A DNA stretch of 63,409 nucleotides, counting the filler, from Reticulomyxa filosa (Eukaryota > Protista > Foraminifera), in NCBI GenBank assembly GCA_000512085.1. It is 14 parts of 14 records of this genome, joined end to end, with 100 filler letters (N's around TTAATTAATTAA, not from the genome) between each part and the next. Parts side by side here need not be neighbours in the genome. Positions count along the whole stretch, not along the records: positions 34,204 to 48,571 come from ASPP01021245.1; positions 48,672 to 49,966 come from ASPP01014750.1; positions 50,067 to 52,766 come from ASPP01024974.1; 11 more parts are not named here. The stretch is one strand, 5' to 3'. Each line of letters starts with the position of its first letter. Positions within the stretch are counted from its first letter, which is position 1. Below are positions 37,973 to 51,054 of the stretch, piece after piece. Position numbers and translations under genes: made by a program. The notes below the pieces were generated by a model that saw only the letters and a program-made list of their open reading frames with translations, ran no database searches and had not been told where the DNA came from.

Positions 37973-40900
37973 TTATCTGTGCGATTTCAATTGGATTTCT
38001 TTTGACTTAATATAAAAAGAAGGACGAGGGGCGACAGTATTGTCAGTAAATGGCATTGCACTGCTCATCCGCCTTCTCTCCGGAAGGTAGGATGGTGCAC
38101 GTTGACGAGGAACAGAGCCATCCGGATTGGTAGCGTTGGACAGGACGGACGACACGTTGTAAGGACTAAGGGGCCTATCCGAGTTGATGTTGAGCTGAGT
38201 GAATGGACTTGCGTCATTTCTGGTCACTGTGACAGGTCGAAAAGGAGACGCTGACGTCGACTGACTCAACAAGTTGTGTTGCTCTTTTTTGCTCAAGTCG
38301 TCAATAATTTGAGAGTCATTCACAAAGTGGCTCTGAATTTGTAAATATACGCGCACATGCGAATAGTACTGCAAAGACTTGCGATTGAAGCACAGTCGTC
38401 GGAGACACCCTGATCGAAAGCCTTTCTTCGGGTCGACCAAGTCTGTCTCTTCGATCTGACGCTCTGTCTTCTTATGCAAACACCCTGTTCCGAGCCAGTA
38501 TCGTGTGCTTTTGTATATGTTCAGCAACAAATAAAGCAACAGCATGTCAAACATTTTCATGCTAAATGACCAGCCCAGCTCAAAATCAAAATATACTTTT
38601 TCCGAATATATTATTGTAAGAATCGTTATCATCTTTTTTTTTTTTTTTAATTTTATAAAAATAGAGTGTCTTACAAAAAAAAAAAAAAAAATTAAAAAAA
38701 AATGGAGTCTTTTTGTTACATGTGCTAAAAACCAAATTGCCACCCAAAAGTAAGAAACGTCCATGCGTCTCAAAAATGTAAGTGAGATCTTCCTTTTAAT
38801 CTGAAGCAATGCCACTTCTTCCATAATCCACTGATGTCGTTGCATCCAACAGTACACCACCGCACAAACCCCGCAAGAACACACCACAACGCATGTCAAC
38901 GCATATTTCACAAATGCTTCGAGAAATTTCAATGCCGTCTTGTTTGCTCTACTCAAAGTGCCAAAGATGATAATGAATATCACTGCAATTCCGAGATTCA
39001 CACATAGTGCCACATTACGCACTTTCTGGAATACCCCTTTTTTTTTTTTTAAAAAAAAATTTCTTTAAAATGCACTCAATAAAAAAAAAAATATATATAC
39101 ATTTATACACAAACACCAACAAAATAAATATTTTTTAAAAATACAACTAATGGCAGCTGCGAATTTTAGTTTAACTGAGGTCGTCCGAGACGGCATGATT
39201 ATAGACTCTAAACCAATGCAAAAGAAAGAGGCTATATAAGCAAGTGATTAATTGATATCGCAGGAGAACATTTTGAAAATGTGTGTGAACATTTAAGAAG
39301 GAGTCATATTGATATCTTGGCACGTAAGACGGCCACGGTTGAAACTTGCTGGTGACCCACGTTTCCAGAAAATGGTAATCCCAAATGACAAGCGAGCAAA
39401 TGTTCATAGCGCACCACACTGTCGCAGTGGTCATTGTCACTACGTCCAACTTTATTATCACCTCCTCTGTAAATTTCTAAGCCATTCGAATTTTAATTTT
39501 TCATTCCAACAACAACAGTAACAAAAAAAGAGACGTCAAACTTGAGAAGAAAAAAAAAAAAAGGTACGTATACATATATGTATACGTATATATACATATA
39601 TATATAGAGAGAGCGATGGATACGTATACGTATACGTACCCATGACCATTGCAATCCGTAATGCCACCATGCCAATCCCAACATTGCAAATAAGGTGCAA
39701 ATGAAAATGCTAAGACAGATGCCGGCAATAATTTGGGACTGGCTCCAGTACCAACTCTTGCACTGTGCGTTGGCAATAGTGAAGTACGTCAAAAGGTTGC
39801 AGCTGCATTCATAACTTTGGCCGTCTGAAGAGGTATACGTGTGGCATCCGTCGTATCGCCACATGGACGACAATCGATCATACCACGCACATTGGTAGCA
39901 ATTGGTGGGGTGCGACTGGGAAACCGTTGCGGCGACGCTGCTTTCCACAAGACCTTCCTTTGCAAACGACAACGTAATCTGATGTTCGCCATCCAATCCA
40001 CTCACGTTCCAGTTGGCAACGGACAAGTCCACAATGGTGGTGGTCATTGGACAAATCTTCCTGTCGAGAGACGGGAACAAACACATGTGAAACACACTAT
40101 TATTCTTATAGTGAGCCCACAGTTTCAGAGAGTCTATTGCAACATCTCGTGCAGAGTGCGCTGCTTGGGCCAGCAATGCTTCTTTAAAATTGACAGGAAA
40201 TGTTATATTGACGTTTTCAATTGACAATGAATTTTCTGTTTCGGACATTTTTTTTTATTATTGTGCAAGAGCGATTTTGCGAAAAAACGTTTATTTATTT
40301 TATAGATATACACATGTATCTGTACCGTCTATGCCTTTGAATTGATTCGCTAATGAAGATAAATGACCATATCCATTCATTTGCAGATAAGCCACCTCGT
40401 CGTTACTTACATATTGCAATGTCGCAGCCAACCAAATACTGCTTAACGTGATAATATTGTGCACAATTGCGCAAATTTTTGTGCTTGTTGCTGCCCAGTG
40501 CAGAGTGTTGTTCGCATATTGTGTCGGAGCACTATTATTGTGGAAGCAATTGCCATGATCTCCAATGACTTGGCTAGGATTGATTTGTGGAAGTGGGTCA
40601 AACATGGCTTGCATCAATTCCTCCAAAGCCGACACTAACCCAGTACCGACAAGTAGCTCTTCTGCAAAGTATATATGAAAGATATCCAGTAACAATACTA
40701 CTTCATTGCTGATGGAGATGGTTGCATTTAGATTGTGGAGCAAGAGTATTAGCCTTGCAGATGCACGGATGAGTGCCTCCAAATCTTCCAATCCAAGTAC
40801 ACTTTGTCCTTGCACAGTGACCGTATTCTGCAAATCAGTGTATATATCGTTGGTGCAGTTCGGTTCTTTGGTAGCCATATCCAAAGTGATATGCAATTGT

Positions 40901-43900
40901 TTGAGTTCATCCAAAATGACGTTGAGCAAAAGCATTTGATATTCGTTTGTATTTTGTAATTGAGTTTGGAAATATTGTCGGAGTTGGCACTCTCCATTGC
41001 TGATATTCAACTCCGGAGTCCATATACTTTTATACGTACATGATTGTGAGCTGTCTTCATCTGTCACACATCCTTTTACTATCACTCTCCCACAAGGTAA
41101 TGGTACGTCTATTTGCAAGTATATAGTTATATATATATATATATAAATATAATTTTGATGTACTTGTTTCCTCTAAGCAATACCTCGTATGGAACGCTGG
41201 AAAGTGGAAATGATAGGAATCCACAACAACTCGTCAGCGTTGGAGGTACTATAGACAGTGTTGTTGTTAAAGTAGAAAAACTGGTACGTATACGTTTTGG
41301 CAGTGGTATTGCGGTCGATGACATTTGCGTATACGTGTTCCAAGACAATAGTATACGTGTGGAGCCAAAAGTGGCTTGACACTGGTGGCTCCATATCATT
41401 GAGTAATAGCAAGGTACCATTTGCAAGTTGTTGATAAACGAAAAGATTGGTGATGATTGGATCTGGAAGTACGTATACGATAGCGTAAGATGATCCGGAC
41501 AAGTGTGCGCTACTGTTGAAGATTGTTATTGTCAGCTCAAATACATAATACGTATCACTCGTCAATGTGTTAGGAGCCAGGATTAGATTGCAAGAGGAGC
41601 GTCCATCAGTTGATAGTAACGTCAATGATTTCACGATATCTTCGGTGGAAGTGACTCCATATTCACTCAGCCAAGTAATATCGGGCAAAGTATCCATGGC
41701 ATAAGCGCTCCATTTAAATACGTATCCGTCTTTGGGATGCAACGTAGAGGGTCCATACATTGTCAATTTTTCCATACGACCAACGACAGTACTCGACGCA
41801 TAAATACTAAAAAATAAATAGCTATTCTTTGCAGAGGATACGTAGGTACGTATAAATACATCAGCCTCAGACTGCCGATGCGAAGCAGAGTGTACGACTA
41901 CAAGTGCAAACTGATACACTACATTCGCAATTAACTCGTTCGAGTCCACACTAAAGACGTCACTGTCAGTTGTCACTGTGTCCATAAAATCGCAAGAACT
42001 TTGATCTTGCTCATTCAGCACTTGGCAAGTCCAGTGAAAGGACAGTTCTGCTATTCCTGCCTCTTTATTGTCTGGGTCTCTAGTTTTCGACCCATTTAGT
42101 ACTAACGTTTTCACTTCTAACAAGTTTATCACTCGATCACCACCTTATTATTATTTTTTTTTTTTTTTTTTTTGCTTCAAAAGTCGATAATTAAATTTTT
42201 TAAAAAATATTAAATTATCTTTAAAGTAAGTAAATTAATAAAAAATAAAGCCCCTTTTTTTTTTTTTTTTGAATAACCTTGGATAACCACATCCAACGGG
42301 GAATGGACAACCCCAAAGATACAAAAGTCTTGAGCCCTGCCAACAATGGCATTATTGTGGAGTAAAGAAATTTCAGCCAAGTATTCATAGGTCCCAACTT
42401 GATACTGACTGACGTTAGTGATTAAAAAAGTGAAGTGGGTGGAGTTGGAGTAGAGACGATTCATATGTCCATTTGCATCTTCCTGATAAAAAATCGGCAA
42501 TAATAGCCCATTGGTCGTTCCAGTGTTCACTGGCGTTGACTTGACTAATTCGTTCCCGTTCAAAGGTAACAGAAACTTTAAAAAGCAACGAGGATTGAAA
42601 AATACTCTGAAAAGGGAGGTCCATAGTGTTGGGACAGTTTAGAAACTTGACCAACGGCCTCCATTCGTCGCTTATCGTCACTTGTGTCTGTGACGACGAA
42701 ACGTAGCCCAAGACCGTGGTAATGGTCAACGTAATGTTGTACGTACCCCAATGGGAGCGCAAAGCGTCATAAGGTATGTACAAATAGGAGATATTCGTAG
42801 TCACTGGAAAAAGTTTGGAGTCAATCTCTTTTATGAGTCCAGAGTCCCACTGATAGTTTGGAGTGCGATATCCAAGATACAAAGACGACAAAGCGGTGAC
42901 CATTAAGTCATCCAACCATCCCAAATCGTGATATCCGCCGAAGCGAATTTGTGGAAAGAGTGGATGATCGCTTGCTTGTACAACGATTGTGTAGTTGCTG
43001 CTGGTAAACACGAAAGAGTGGGTAGCATTATCTTGAGTGCTTGCAAGCAAATTTCGTGGGGAAACAACCATTGTATCGTTAATATGTACCAACGATGACC
43101 GAGAAGATAAAACAATTCGCAATGCTTGATTTTGACCAAGATATCGTTGATAAAAACACAAACAGCCGGAAAAAGTGGCCACATTTTTCCGTAGCAACAA
43201 TGTGCAAAAATCTGAGGCAGACAATGTTCGATTGAGCAATTGCAGCTGGGAACTAAACTGGATCAATATCGAGCTGCTATCACTACTAAAGCGCGAATCT
43301 GTAACCTCAATAGGAATTATTTGCTTAGTAGGCGAATAAGTTGGCATCCCAGAAGGCCGAAAGGTTGGAGGCGGAGTGGGCATGTCCGAGGGAGAAAGTG
43401 TAGGTGACTTGGTTGGACGTTTTGTAGTTGGATTCTTTGTTGGACTACGTACCGGTGCACTTGTTGGCTGTGCAATGGTTGGGGCACTGGTGGGTGCCAG
43501 CGTTGGTAACGTTGGGGACATGGTTGGAATAGGAGAAACGGTGGGCTGAAAAGTGGGTGCAATAATTGGCGACATTGTGATCTGCGTGCAATTTTCGCAC
43601 TGACATGTCGCACTATTATCACAATACAAAGTGATATTTCGATTGCTGCGAGTAGTTGCTGTATAAACGTCGCAAACAGTACTCGTATCTAAGCAATATA
43701 AATCCATATGACTGCAAGAGTCGTCCATGCCACAAAACACGGAACAATCTGACGATCCTCGACACCACAAACGACTGTCTTTACATGACTGATGTTTGGT
43801 ACATTGCCAACTCTGAATGGTTGCATTTCTGCTGGCAATGACTTCCATCCCTTGGCATGCAGCTGCAGTACCGCATCGTAGTAAATACAGAATACTCTGC

Positions 43901-46900
43901 TTGGTTAATGTTATCAAAGTATTTTGACAACTTTGTTGGCCATTGCAATAAATCAAGCAAGTACCGTCACAAACAATGGTAGAGCTTGCACATGCACGAT
44001 ATCCTCCACAAGATATCCAACAGAATTCTCCAGTGCAACGCAAATGCGGATCATTTGCGCAAGATTCTGCCAGTGCGCAGTCCTTGCCGGAGCTTGTCGG
44101 AGATGGAGTCGGTCGGAGTTGTGTCGGCATTCTTGTTGGATGATGAGCAGTTGGCTGTCTGGTTGTGGGTCGGCCAGTGGGATAATAAGTAGGAGCATGG
44201 CTTGGAGAGAATGTGGGAGCATTTGTCGGAGCCTTTATAGTGAGATTACAATGATCGCAGCTGCATCTTGAAAGCGGATCACATTGTAAATGTGGAGGGT
44301 GGTCACTACTATGGACGACATTAGGGAAGGATTCGTCGATCTCGCACACTGTGTTCGCGCCTTGGCATTTCTCCATGATTCCATCGCACGCAAAACTTCT
44401 TGGGCAGTATAGATACGATTGAGACTGGCTCTCGATAAGAGCGGAGCTGTTGTTACATGCATGCTTCCCAGCGCATGTCCAATTGCTTACAATCGCACGG
44501 TTGTATGCGTGCAGCTGCAATCCAACACAAGACGTGTTACCGAAGCATTCCAAGCTGTCTAATTCTCCACCATTGGCCACACTAACTTGGGAATCAAGGC
44601 AAGATTTGTCTCCATGGCATGTAATAAGGCAGCTACTATTCCCACAACTGATAATCGCGGATTTGCAAGATTCGGTAGATTCGCAGCGGATCCAGCATAC
44701 CTCCTGCGTGCACTTCAAAAATGCACGTTCGCATTGGCTCGGTTGCTCACAGTGGATAATCCACCCTGATTTCGTTTGTGTAGGGGATATCGTAGGTTTT
44801 TGGGTAGTGGGTCTGCGAGAAGGTCTTGCTGATGGCCTCAATGTCGGCCTGCGAGTAGTCGGCTTCTTCGTAGGAGATTTCGAAGGAAAATTGGAAGGAC
44901 TTCTTATAGGGGATTGTGTGGGTGATTTTGAAGGTGGTTTAAAGGGACTCTGACTTGGCGTTCTGGAAGGACTGCGGCTTGGAGTACTCGAAGGACTCCG
45001 AATCGGAGCACGTGAAGGAGTTCGGCTTGGAGATTTAGAGGGGCTCCGCGTCGGAGACTTGGAGGGACTCCGACTTGGAGATTTGGAGGGTCTTTGGCTT
45101 GGCGATCTGGATGGAGCCCTGCTCGGGGATCTAGAGGGACTTGCGGTTGGACTTTTGGTTGGGCTAAATGACGGAGACTGAGTTTGTCTGTTGCGAATAT
45201 TACAGTATGTACCCGAGCAATGGCAAGTGGCCGTTGTTTCGCAATTCAATTCAGGATAAATGGACTGAGTCGTTCCATCGGTCGTCATATTACAGTGATA
45301 AAAGTTGTTACACCAGACATGCAAAGCAACACAAGAATCTGTTTGGAGACAATGAACATTCACCTCGTTGGAATTAGACTGATTGGTTTTTACAGTCATG
45401 TTTGTGCAGCTGCCAGCAACGGTGCAAGATATATTGCGAATATTTCCGAAGCCCTTGTGGCAAACGGACATGTCTGTACAGGAATTGGTCTGTGAACATG
45501 CCAAAGACTGTACATTGTGACCACTGGAAACTGTAAGTGACATGTTCATACAACTACTTGGTCCAGAGCATGCAAGCGAACAATTTCCTAAGCAAGTCAC
45601 TACGGTATCTCTGCAGACACTGTCGTCTTTTTTTTTTTTGGTAGTATTTTCGCTTACTTGGTTGATTTGGTTAAGTGAGAATTTTGGGATTTATGATAAT
45701 ATTGATGTTGCTTTTTGCTTAGTCATACAAAAAAAACAAAACAAAAAAAAAAAAAACCAGAGCAAATGATGTCACAATCATTGGCGGAGCATGTCAGTAC
45801 TTGTCCACGACAAGAATGAGCAGAAGTACATGTTATCTGCTGTTGATATTGTGTTGGAATGGCAGTGGGTCTTTTTGTAGGCCGATTTGTAGTGGGTCTT
45901 TTAGTTGGGAGTGGTGTCGGTCGTTTGGTTGGATTCGTAGTCGGTCTCGAGGTTGGTCGTTTGGTCGGCCTTTGAGTAGGTCTTTTAGTCGGTCTTTGTG
46001 TTGGGTTTGTAGTGGGTCTTCGTGTGGGATTGCTGGTAGGTTTTTTCGTGGGGTTTGTAGTCGGTCTTTTGGTAGGCTTTTTTGTGGTGGTTGTAGTTGT
46101 TGTCGTCGTTGTCTTCGTCGTCGTCGTTGTTGTTGTTGTTTTGGTGGGCTGACTGGTGGTAGGCTTGCTAGTCGGAGAGAACGAAGGAGATTTGGTTGGG
46201 GCAAAAGTGGGGTCCATTGTCGGACCTAGACTCGGAAAATAAGTGACTCCAGGTAAATGCGAAGGTCTCGAAGTTGGAGCGGGTGTGGGTGCAAAAGTCG
46301 GAAATGTAAACGTGTTATTGATTTGATAGAGACAGGCTTTGTTCGAACATGTCGCTGTTGTACTGCAACGGAGCCATATTTGACTCTGATAATTTCCACT
46401 ACAATCCCATGCACACCGAGTACCCGTGCTTATGCAATACGCTCTACTATAATCACATGAATTGGCGTTGGAACATTTACCATTCATAACCGCATCTTTT
46501 TATTTTATTTTATTTTTATCCACGTTTTTAACTCAAACTTTCATGTTTTACTTTTTTTTTTTCCCCCAAGCTTGGCAAAAAAAAAAAAAAAGTAAAAATC
46601 AAAAAAGCCCCCCCTTTGCTCCATTAACTTTTAATAGCCATGCCCCTGGCAAACTTCATGCTCCCTTGCCACTGCATTCCCAATCCAACAAGGAAGAGTT
46701 TTTAACATATACACTTGCGAACATGCACGACTGTTCACCCGAACATATAAGTTGATTGATTTGGTAACGTCGTGTTTTGGTACGTATTCTGGTTTTGTAG
46801 CAAGCTTGTGTGGCAGTGCACAAAATGGTGCAGCTGCCAAAGCAATAAATGGACGACTCTTGGCACGATTGTTGTCCATTGCACATGATGAGACAGTTGT

Positions 46901-47417
46901 CCCCAATGCAATATATTCTCTTTTTTCTGCACTGTGCAGATCTGCCACAGTAAATATCTCTTGTCGGGACGGGGGTTGGCCTGCGTGTACGTCTTCTTAT
47001 TGGATATCTAGTAGGCCGAGACGAAGGCTTGTTGGTCGGTCTTGCCGTTGGCATTACCGTAGGAGAATTTGTTACTACTTTGCCTATAATAAAGTCAATT
47101 TAAAACCATTTCTTTAAACTTTCTTTTTTTTTTTTGAAGTTTGCAAAAACGCTAGTCCTTTTCTCTCTCTCTCCTTATTTCGCTCCCGACTCACCATTGC
47201 AAATATAAGAGCAGCCAAATGCCAAACAAGCGGATTGGCTTGTCAGTCTCGAGCAATAGCGATAATTATCGTCATTGCTTCTTAGATTGTTGTAAGTGCA
47301 ATAGCACGCGCTTACAGGGGCCTGGGTGGGTTTTGCTGTCTGAGAGTCGCGTGCGTACACGATTGCCGACAAACTGGAGAGGATTAGGAGGAGAGAGAGC
47401 ATGCGTAGAAATACCAT
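37973..47417 (-). CDS. Giant adhesion-GPCR/polycystin-like receptor: signal peptide, Cys-rich modules alternating with Pro/Thr/Ser stalks, REJ-like region, GAIN/GPS, 7TM; multi-exon
   Basis: Signal MVFLRMLSLLLILSSLSAIVYA; REJ-like LVLNGSKTRDPD..LSFHWTC (~42020-42105); GPS CAWY..W...GC..ECSCNLLTYF (~39781-39890); about 7 hydrophobic helices in 39730-38520. Collinear minus-strand ORFs are separated by short AT-rich introns; a single-gene model is inferred. Confidence 0.78.
44780..45180 (-). repeat. 12-bp-period coding repeat (SPSR/SPSK/PTxR)
   Basis: Tetrapeptide array in the 1061-aa ORF; similar PTKR/PTTN array at 45860-46230. Confidence 0.85.
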
Positions 47418-47814
47418 GAACAGTGATATATGTGCTTGAATTGGCGTGTTGTCTGTTCTTTAACTTAAAAAAAAGATGTAATCGAGATAGTCAATTAACT
47501 CATAACTCAAAAAAATGTCAGACAAAAGTTTTGATTATATGAAAAGCAATATATCATTACTCAAAAAAATTATCTAATTTGCTTCTGATCCCAACTTTCA
47601 AGACGACATAATGGTTTCAAAAATTATTCAAGAAAAATTTTTTAAATCTCTGAAGTGATATTTATCGAACTTGATATTTCTTTAAAAATCTGATCAAATG
47701 ACAATTTTGCAAGATGGAGAAAATCATTTGACAGTTTGTTATTATTTATGAAAATTTGTCAAAAAAAAAAAAAAAAAAAAGGGGGGGCAATAATAATCCC
47801 TTTCTCAAAAAAAT

Positions 47815-48571
47815 TTAGTCCGACTTGCGTGCAATGCGAATGACCTCTTCAATATCCTCGCAAGTGCGTGGACACAAAGTGAGGTTTTCAATGCCATCTT
47901 TGGTGACGAGTACGTCGTCTTCCAAGCGACACCCTCCGGTGCCAAAGAAGCGTTTCAGAACGTCAAAGTTGACATACTCATTCATCTGCGGCTGCGAAGA
48001 GAGCAGCTGTTTGATCCAGGACTCGTTGAAGTACAAGCCAGGTTCGACAGTGATGAACATGCCCTCTTGCAACGTGCGCGTGGTTCGAAGCCAGCACAAG
48101 CCCAAGTCTTTTTCTCTGGGATGCTTGGATGTGAATCCGCCAACATCGTGAACATTCATTCCAAGCAAGTGTCCAAGTCCATGAGGCATGAACAACGACG
48201 CTACATGTTGTTGCATGAGATGACGAACAACAGCATCCTCCTCTTCCTTCTCCTCTTTGCTCTGTTTCACGCCATGCTTGGCAACGTCACAGCGGAGCAC
48301 GCCCATGCGATACAAGTGCTTCACAATAAGCGTTTCCGCCAGTCGATGCATGTCTTTCCACTCGACGCCCGCCTTCATGTGCGTCAGCACGGCCCGCTGC
48401 GCCTCCAGCACGGCATTGTGCACAGCCTTCTGGTCCTTCGTGAACTCGCCACTGACCGGATAGCTGCACGTCACATCCGTCGCATACCCCATGTACTCGG
48501 CGCCCATATCCATCACCACCGTATCACCATCCGTCAGTTCACGATCATTCGGATACCCCGCATGTCCATAA
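47815..48571 (-). CDS. PEPD: Xaa-Pro dipeptidase (prolidase, M24B), 5'-partial
   Basis: DMGAEYMGYATDVTCSYP, PHGLGHLLGMNVHDVGG, ITVEPGLYF, GGCRLEDDV. Confidence 0.93.
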
Positions 48572-48671
48572 NNNNNNNNNNNNNNNNNNNNNNNNNNNNN
48601 NNNNNNNNNNNNNNNTTAATTAATTAANNNNNNNNNNNNNNNNNNNNNNNNNNNNNNNNNNNNNNNNNNNN

Positions 48672-49096
48672 GCTGGAGTGCGAGAGGGCTTGCGGCGCGC
48701 CTGCGGCGCGACCCGCACAGCAGATGGCTGACCAGGGTTCGCGACGCCGATCTGTCTGCCATCTATCGCGCCGCGCTCTTCACGGTGTCGCCCAGCCATT
48801 CCGAGGGATGGGGATTGCCTGTGCAGGAGAGCATCGCCCATGGCGTGCCCTGTATCGCCTCGACCGGCGGAGCGCTGCGTGAGTCCGGTCGTGGCCTCGC
48901 GGTTCATTTCGATCCATTGGATCCGGCGAGTTTGAAGTCTGCGATGGCGCATTGGATCACCGATGGCGCCGCCCTTCAGCGAGAGCGGGAGAGAATTGCC
49001 GAGGCCCTTGGCTCGGAGCATTTCCCAACCTGGAACGATGCGGGACAGGTGTTGCTGAAGCAGGCGGGCCTCGACGGGAACGGACGCAACCCGTGA
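48672..49096 (+). CDS. Bacterial glycosyltransferase family 4, C-terminal fragment
   Basis: DADLSAIYRAALFTVSPSHSEGWGLPVQESIAHGVPCIAS; high GC, no introns. Confidence 0.88.
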
Positions 49097-49966
49097 GTGG
49101 ACGGTTGCTCTACGACCTGACGGGGCTGATCCATTGGTACGCCTACTTCCGGCATCCCGGCGGTGTGCAGAGGGTTATCGAAAAGGTTGCGTCCTCGGAT
49201 GCCGTCCGCCAATCGTCCGCGGTCGAGTTCGTGGTGCGCATACTCGGCAGCGATCGATTCTACAGGATCGAGCCCGAGCTGATTGCCAGCCTCGGTAGCG
49301 GGCGCTCCTCGGCAATCTCGCGCCTGCGACGCATCCTGGCGCAGGGACTGAGACTGGCGACGCTCCCTGGAATGCTGTCCGAAGGTCGACATTTCCATTT
49401 GCCGTATCTGGCGGCCGGGCTGACCCGGATGGAAAGTCTCATCGAAGCCTGGACGGAAGGAGCTGCGGGGCGGTCGTTGCCTGCGCTCGAAATCGTTGCG
49501 CCGCCCGGCGCACACGACGCGTTGTTCAATCCCGGCGACCTCTGGTGGCAGAAGAAGTACGTCGCGACGGTCGCCGGCTTGAAGAAGCGAACGGGCGTGC
49601 GGATCGTCCAGATGATCCACGACCTCTACCTCATCGAGCGGCCGGAATGGACCCCCGCCGGCGCCGTGCGGGTTTTTGCCGAACAGCTTCACGGCATTGC
49701 CCCGAACGTGGATTGCTGGCTGACCAGTTCGCAATTCGTCAGGCAACAGGTGCAGCGCTATCTCGCCGACCGGTCAATCCCGGAAAAGCCGATCGCCGTC
49801 CTGCCGATGGGCTGGGACAGCTTCGATGCCTTGCGCGACGCCGGCCATGATCGTCTCTCCGAGCGCCCGGTCCTTGCGCGGCACGGGCTGATCGGCAAGC
49901 CGTTCATTCTGTCGGTCGGCACGATCGAGCCCCGAAAGAATGTCCCGGCGCTGCTCGATGCGGCCG
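49093..49966 (+). CDS. Bacterial glycosyltransferase family 4, N-terminal part (3'-partial)
   Basis: GTG start overlaps the upstream TGA (GTGA); LLYDLTGL..GGVQRV, MIHDLY...PEW, FILSVGTIEPRKN. Confidence 0.88.
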
Positions 49967-51054
49967 NNNNNNNNNNNNNNNNNNNNNNNNNNNNNNNNNN
50001 NNNNNNNNNNTTAATTAATTAANNNNNNNNNNNNNNNNNNNNNNNNNNNNNNNNNNNNNNNNNNNNTTTTTTAAAAAAGTATCTACGTGACTTGGAGATT
50101 CCTAAAATGAAAACAAAAAGATTAAAAAATTTCTTAATTTTAATAAAAGTGCATTCTCGCAGAATTTTCAAAAATCATTTGAAAGAATGTTGATTTCACC
50201 CAACAAAAAAAAAATTTATTCAAAAAACCAATAATCATATTTAAAAACTACAAGATTTGTAGATATTTTTTTAAAAAAAAAAAAATTAGGTCTAAATGTT
50301 GATTTTTCATGGAGAAAATCAATTATTATCATAGGATATCGTTTTATGCTTTCAGTTTTCTTTGCAACATACTGTATGATCATTTGATAGTTGATAATTA
50401 CACAATTTTATTTTCGACAGTTAAATTTTTTTTCAAAGGTATTCACAACGATATATCATTTGCATCAACTAATTAAACCATTATATTATTATTATATCAC
50501 CAATGTTTTTTTATAACACCGTCTTCAAATGTTTTTTGTTTTCAATCTCTTTGTTATTGTCTACACTCTTTTACTACCTCAATTTAAAGTTTTCACGTTA
50601 AAATCGAAATAGTTCATATAGCTGCGAAGATGACATAGTATTTCATCCGTCCGAAATAGAGATTATTCATAGCATCACAAAACCAAAGTTGACTAAAGCG
50701 TAAATTTTGTACGTAATCTAAACTTTTTAACCTTAAAAACAATTTTGATCAGTGATTAGTAGAATTCATGCTTCTAAGTGTTGAAGTTTTGGGTAACGAA
50801 GCATTTTTCAGAATCAAACTACCACTTCTCAGCAAAAAAAGTTAAAAAAGTGCATAATTGAAAACGGAATAGGTTGGAAGTTGGAATTGGTACCTATTGG
50901 CAAGTACAAAAGTTGAAAAACGATATAATCATAACAAGAAAAAAGGCAAGATCAAAAAAAAAAAAAGGAATGTTTGAAGAAAAACACATAACTAAAATGG
51001 AAGGGCCAATTTCACAATGAATCAGATCACACAAATTCCAAAACACACAAACAA

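Noticed and set aside
48952-49092. N-terminal extension of the 356-aa ORF
   Set aside because: It overlaps the upstream GT gene; the GTG at 49093 in a GTGA overlap is the more plausible start.
47815-49966. Horizontal transfer of glycosyltransferases next to the prolidase gene
   Set aside because: Separated by an artificial spacer; no physical linkage shown.
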